NCBI GenBank assembly: GCA_963797175.1
Contig: CAWCOL010000006.1
Span: 2,998-66,997 of the forward strand
From: an uncultured Actinomycetes bacterium
Lineage (GTDB): Bacteria > Actinomycetota > Thermoleophilia > Gaiellales > JAICJC01
Direction: 5' to 3'
DNA: 64,000 nucleotides
Shown here: in pieces, positions 60,310-64,000 of the stretch
Layout of the letters: every line of letters starts with the position of its first letter
Numbering within the stretch: position 1 is the stretch's first letter
Position numbers and translations under genes: made by a program
Notes under the pieces: model-generated
Told to the model about the DNA's origin: nothing
What the model saw: the letters and a program-made list of their open reading frames with translations, nothing else
The model's database searches: none

Positions 60310-60786
60310 GTGATCGAGGACGCACGGAACCTCGCCATCCGGGTGCACGCCGACCAGATCGACCGCGACGGCGACCCGCACCTGCTCCACGTCGAGCGCG
60401 TGGCCGCGCTGGTGGACGAGCGGACGCGCCGACACCGGCTGCACCGGCCGGCGGTGACGGTGGCGCTGCTCCACGACACGGTCGAGGCCGAACGCGGCGT
60501 CACGCTCGAGTCGCTCAGGGCCGAGGGCTTCCGGCCCGAGGTCGTGGCCGCGGTCGAGCTGCTCACTCGCGAGCAGGGCGTGCCCTACATGGCTCACGTG
60601 CGGCGGATCGCGGAGCCCGAGGGCACCGCGGGAGACCTCGCCCGGATCGTCAAGGCCGCCGATCTGGACGACAACGCCGCCCGCAGCCGGCGGCTGGGCG
60701 AGCCCTCGCGGCTGCAGCGCTACCTGCGCGGGTCGCGGGTGCTCGCCAGGGCCGAGCGGCAGCGGGCCGCCGCGACTAACAGCTGA
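60310..60786 (+). CDS. Small HD-domain protein (RelA/SpoT hydrolase-like)
   Basis: H..Q.DR.G.P...H..RVA, ALLHDTVE, VKAADLDDN; -10 TACCCT 7 nt before GTG. Confidence 0.75.
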   Translation: MIEDARNLAIRVHADQIDRDGDPHLLHVERVAALVDERTRRHRLHRPAVTVALLHDTVEAERGVTLESLRAEGFRPEVVAAVELLTREQGVPYMAHVRRIAEPEGTAGDLARIVKAADLDDNAARSRRLGEPSRLQRYLRGSRVLARAERQRAAATNS

Positions 60787-61222
60787 TGTCGCCGAACGCC
60801 TGGCGGTAGGCGGTCTGGAGCTGGCCCGCCGCGGCCGTCAGGCTGCTGGCGACCGACGTCAGGTCGGTCGCGGTCGAGATGTTGGAGACCACGGTCTGGA
60901 CGGCGTTGACGAACGTGTCGTTGGCCGTCTCCAGCTGCTTCTGGAGGTCGCCTCCCACCTTGGGCGCGGCATCCTTGATCGTGTTCAGATCGGTCTGGAT
61001 CGCGGTCAGCGCGCTCTTCGCCTTGTCAACCGAGTCGATGTTGAGCGGGAGGTTGGCAAGCGTCGTGATCTGCGTCTGGATGTCGGACCGGGCGTCACAC
61101 GCCTGTTGCTTGGCCTTGTCCGAGGCCGAGGACGACGAGCCGCCGCAAGCGCTCGCCGCCAGCAGGGCCAGGATGGCCACGGCCAGCGCGAGCATGGTGC
61201 CGGGATGTGTCGTGCGCCTCAT
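60776..61222 (-). CDS. Small helical lipoprotein
   Basis: AGGAGG SD; lipobox ASAC, Ser linker, second Cys and terminal Cys. Confidence 0.75.
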   Translation of the reverse strand: MRRTTHPGTMLALAVAILALLAASACGGSSSSASDKAKQQACDARSDIQTQITTLANLPLNIDSVDKAKSALTAIQTDLNTIKDAAPKVGGDLQKQLETANDTFVNAVQTVVSNISTATDLTSVASSLTAAAGQLQTAYRQAFGDISC

Positions 61223-61363
61223 CGATACAACCTCCTGCGAGTCGTCACGTCTCGCCGCCAGGAGCCGGCGCACCGCGATCGTACCCCACCGGTCGGGCGA
61301 CCACACAACCATGGCGGGGTAGCATCCGGCCGCCTGGAGAGGGAGACCGGAAGGGGACGGGGG

Positions 61364-62191
61364 ATGCCGCACCTGCGGGCGAGCGAAGCTGAGATCTTCT
61401 ACGAACAGCTGGGCGAGGGGCCGGACATCGTCTGGGTCGGCGGCGGGGGGACCGCAGGGCGGGACTGGCAGCTGTTCCAGACCCCGTTCTTCGAGCCGGA
61501 GTTCCGCAACACGACGTACGACAACCGCGGCATCGGCCAGACGAACAGCGACCGTCCGATGCCGTGGCCGATGGCGGACTTCGCGCGTGATCTGGCCGAG
61601 CTGATCGAGGCCGTCTGCGAGCCGCCGGTGGCGGTCGTCGGCAGCTCGTTCGGCTCGGCGATCATCCAGGAGCTCGCGATCGAGCGGCCCGACCTGCTGC
61701 GCTGCGCCGTCGTCATGGGCAGCGGCGCGCACAGCACCGGCTGGGGCTGGGACTTCCAGGAGGCCGAGATCGAGTTTCGCCGCGCCGGCGGCCGGCTGGA
61801 CGGCATGATGGGCGTCGCCCACTACGCGCCGATGCTGTATCCGGCCCATGTGCTGGGCGACCGTGATCTGTGGCCGAAGCTGCGCGCGCTGATGCTGGAG
61901 TGGATGGACTCGGGCGAGAACGAGGAGTCGCTGATCCCCCAGTGGGAGGCGTCGCTGCGGTTCGACCAGCGCGACCGCCTGCCCGGCGTGGCCGTCCCCT
62001 TCCACGTCATCTCGTTCTCCGAGGACATCCAGGCGCCGCCGCAGGACGCCGAGGAGCTGGCCGGCCTGATCCCCGGCGCCGAGCTGCACCGGCTGGAGGG
62101 GATGGGCCACGGCTCCTGGTACGGCCACGCGCACGACCGGATCAACCCGTTCATCCGCGACCTGATCCGCCGGCGTCTCGACCCGGCATGA
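61364..62191 (+). CDS. Alpha/beta hydrolase
   Basis: YDNRGIGQT, nucleophile GSSFG, ED...P, MGH. Confidence 0.88.
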   Translation: MPHLRASEAEIFYEQLGEGPDIVWVGGGGTAGRDWQLFQTPFFEPEFRNTTYDNRGIGQTNSDRPMPWPMADFARDLAELIEAVCEPPVAVVGSSFGSAIIQELAIERPDLLRCAVVMGSGAHSTGWGWDFQEAEIEFRRAGGRLDGMMGVAHYAPMLYPAHVLGDRDLWPKLRALMLEWMDSGENEESLIPQWEASLRFDQRDRLPGVAVPFHVISFSEDIQAPPQDAEELAGLIPGAELHRLEGMGHGSWYGHAHDRINPFIRDLIRRRLDPA

Positions 62192-63204
62192 GCGAGCGGC
62201 CGGATCCAGGGATGGACGACGCCGTCGCACGTGCGACCGACCTGATCGACTTCTGGACGCCGCTACTGACCCGCCTGCTGATGGAGGGTGGCGTCATCGC
62301 CGCGTTCGGCCACGACGAGCGCACGGCCGAGGAGGTGGCGTCCGAGACGGGGACGCACGGCGCCACCGTCGCCCGCATCGTGCGCGCCCTCGCCAGCCGC
62401 GGCGTGTTCGAGCCCTGCGACGACGGGCGCTACAGGCTGAGCGATGCGGGGCGGCTGCTGCTGCCGGACGCGCCGGGTGGGGTGGCCGGGCTCGCGGCGT
62501 TCAAGTCCTTCGAGCTGCACGCGTGGGCGGCGGCGGAGCACACGCTGTACACGGGCGAGGCGGCGTTCCCGGCGTACTTCGGGCAGGACATGTTCTCGTG
62601 GCTGGGCGAGAACCCGGAGCTGGGGGCGCGCTTCGACGACCACATGCGGCGGCGGACGACCGCGCTGCTCGAGCCGGCGCTGCCGCTCTACGACTGGCCG
62701 GAGCAGGGCACCATCGTCGATGTCGGCGGCGGCAACGGCCTGTTGGTCGAGCGCGTGCTGACGGCGCACCCGGGGCTCCGCGGGATCGTCTTCGACCGGC
62801 CGGCGGTCGTCGGCGGCGCGGTGCGCTGGATCCGTGCGGCAGGCCTCGATGACCGCGTGGAGGTGGTCGGCGGCGACTTCTTCGCGGAGGTGCCCGCCGG
62901 CGGCGACATCTACATCCTCGCCAGCATCCTCCACGACTGGGATGACGAGGACGCGGCGCGGATCCTTCGCGGCTGCAGGCGGGCGATGCCGGCGGGCGGC
63001 CGGCTGCTGCTGTTCGAGGCCGTGATCCTGCCCGGCGCCGAGCCTGACTTCGGCAAGCTGCTCGACCTGCACATGCTTGTGCTGTTCGGCGCCCGTGAGC
63101 GGACCGCCGAGCAGTGGGAGGCGCTGCTCGCCGACGGCGGCTTCGTCCTCGAGCGGATCGTGCCGGGCGGCAGGCTCTCGTGGATCGAGGCGCTTCCGGC
63201 CTAG
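62188..63204 (+). CDS. Class II O-methyltransferase with dimerisation domain
   Basis: VDVGGGNG, GGDFF, ILHDW.D, DLHML..GARER; ATGA overlap. Confidence 0.9.
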   Translation: MSERPDPGMDDAVARATDLIDFWTPLLTRLLMEGGVIAAFGHDERTAEEVASETGTHGATVARIVRALASRGVFEPCDDGRYRLSDAGRLLLPDAPGGVAGLAAFKSFELHAWAAAEHTLYTGEAAFPAYFGQDMFSWLGENPELGARFDDHMRRRTTALLEPALPLYDWPEQGTIVDVGGGNGLLVERVLTAHPGLRGIVFDRPAVVGGAVRWIRAAGLDDRVEVVGGDFFAEVPAGGDIYILASILHDWDDEDAARILRGCRRAMPAGGRLLLFEAVILPGAEPDFGKLLDLHMLVLFGARERTAEQWEALLADGGFVLERIVPGGRLSWIEALPA

Positions 63205-63214
63205 CCTTGTCGCC

Positions 63215-63760
63215 TCAGGTCGTTGCCCTCTGGACCGGAGGGTCGTCGCGAAGGCGCGCCATCACCTCCACGTCACGGGCGACGCCGCGGAGCCGGAACG
63301 CCCCCCGGGCGCGACCCTCGTGCTGGAAGCCGCACTTCTCGGCGACGCGGATCGAGGCAACGTTCTCGGGCGCGATCACGACCTCGAGCCGGTTCACAGG
63401 GTGCGTGGCGAAGAGGTAGTCCACCATCAGGCCGAGCGCCTCGGTCATCACGCCCTTGCCGTGCGTGCCGTGGTCGAACAGCCGGTACGCGAGCTCGTAC
63501 GAGTCCCAGTGGGGGTAGGTGACGCGCCGGAAGAAGAGGAGGACTCCCAGCAGCGCGTCGTCCTCGTCGACGACGAGGAGCGTTCCTGCCTCATCCTCCC
63601 AGAAGCCGTGTGCAGCGAAGTCGAGCCGCATCGTCGACAGGGAGGGCACGTCGATCGTGTAGTACGGTCCCCGAGCGGCGAGATCGACGTTGTGCGCATA
63701 GAGCGGCTCCAGGTCCTGCTCGCGCACCATCCGCAGCCTCACGCGATCCCCGATCAGCAT
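63215..63760 (-). CDS. RimJ/RimL-type GNAT acetyltransferase
   Basis: ELAY, GKGVMTEA, PENVASIRVAEKCGF.HEG. Confidence 0.88.
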   Translation of the reverse strand: MLIGDRVRLRMVREQDLEPLYAHNVDLAARGPYYTIDVPSLSTMRLDFAAHGFWEDEAGTLLVVDEDDALLGVLLFFRRVTYPHWDSYELAYRLFDHGTHGKGVMTEALGLMVDYLFATHPVNRLEVVIAPENVASIRVAEKCGFQHEGRARGAFRLRGVARDVEVMARLRDDPPVQRATT

Positions 63761-63851
63761 CGTCCCACGATACTGGTCCGAGGATCAGGTGCGCGTGATG
63801 TCACCGCCCGGCCCCAGCGGCCGTCGTCGAGCGGCACGTCCTGCACGTCGA

Positions 63852-63998
63852 CTACAGCCCGGTCTGCGCCTCGATCCGGCCCGACGCGATCGCGTCGGTG
63901 AACGCCTTGTAGTCACGCTCGTTCTGTTCGGCGTAGCTCTCGGCGAACTCGACGATCGCCCGGTCGAACACGTCGCCGCCGCCCAGGTAGGCGGCGAT
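63852..63998 (-). CDS. C-terminus of a DUF2252-like protein (partial at window edge)
   Basis: IAAYLGGGDVFDRAIVEFAESYAEQNERDY.AF..AI.SGRI. Confidence 0.75.
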   Translation of the reverse strand: MAAYLGGGDVFDRAIVEFAESYAEQNERDYKAFTDAIASGRIEAQTGL

Positions 63999-64000
63999 GG

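Noticed and set aside
61364-63204. Hydrolase + O-methyltransferase as a biosynthetic gene cluster
   Set aside because: No PKS, NRPS, RiPP precursor or other core biosynthetic gene in the window

Overview
Very GC-rich, gene-dense chromosomal segment. Codon usage, F420 genes, frequent leaderless promoters and a SigB/SigF module indicate Actinomycetota; Thermoleophilia (Gaiellales-like) is an inference. In order it holds: the end of a CO-dehydrogenase/xanthine-dehydrogenase accessory cluster (YHS protein, coxD, coxE, a small Cys/His protein, a stand-alone CoxL-like fragment, coxG); an OmpR-family two-component system divergent from an htrA - small SGGS-ending peptide - apbE operon; amine/amino-acid catabolic genes; a modABC operon; a split transketolase; an F420 island (cofC, cofD, cofE, fgd and four F420 enzymes); MFS transporters; a SigB/SigF partner-switching cluster; gltBD; and a PuuD-like/C45/aminotransferase group. 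I found no rRNA, tRNA, transposase, integrase or CRISPR array. The most notable signals are: (1) a signal-less ApbE beside a small exported peptide ending in a flavinylation-like SGGS motif; (2) four genes whose only plausible start codon is CTG, three of them at CTGA stop/start overlaps in the mod operon; (3) a dispersed REP/REPIN-like family built from a 12-bp GGCAC unit; (4) a mini-CoxL paralogue with degenerate Moco motifs; (5) a shared GAATCA-N2-TGATTC palindrome upstream of gltB and a cupin gene. Six genes carry apparent +1 insertions that are most likely assembly errors. All calls come from reading motifs by eye; no database searches were run.
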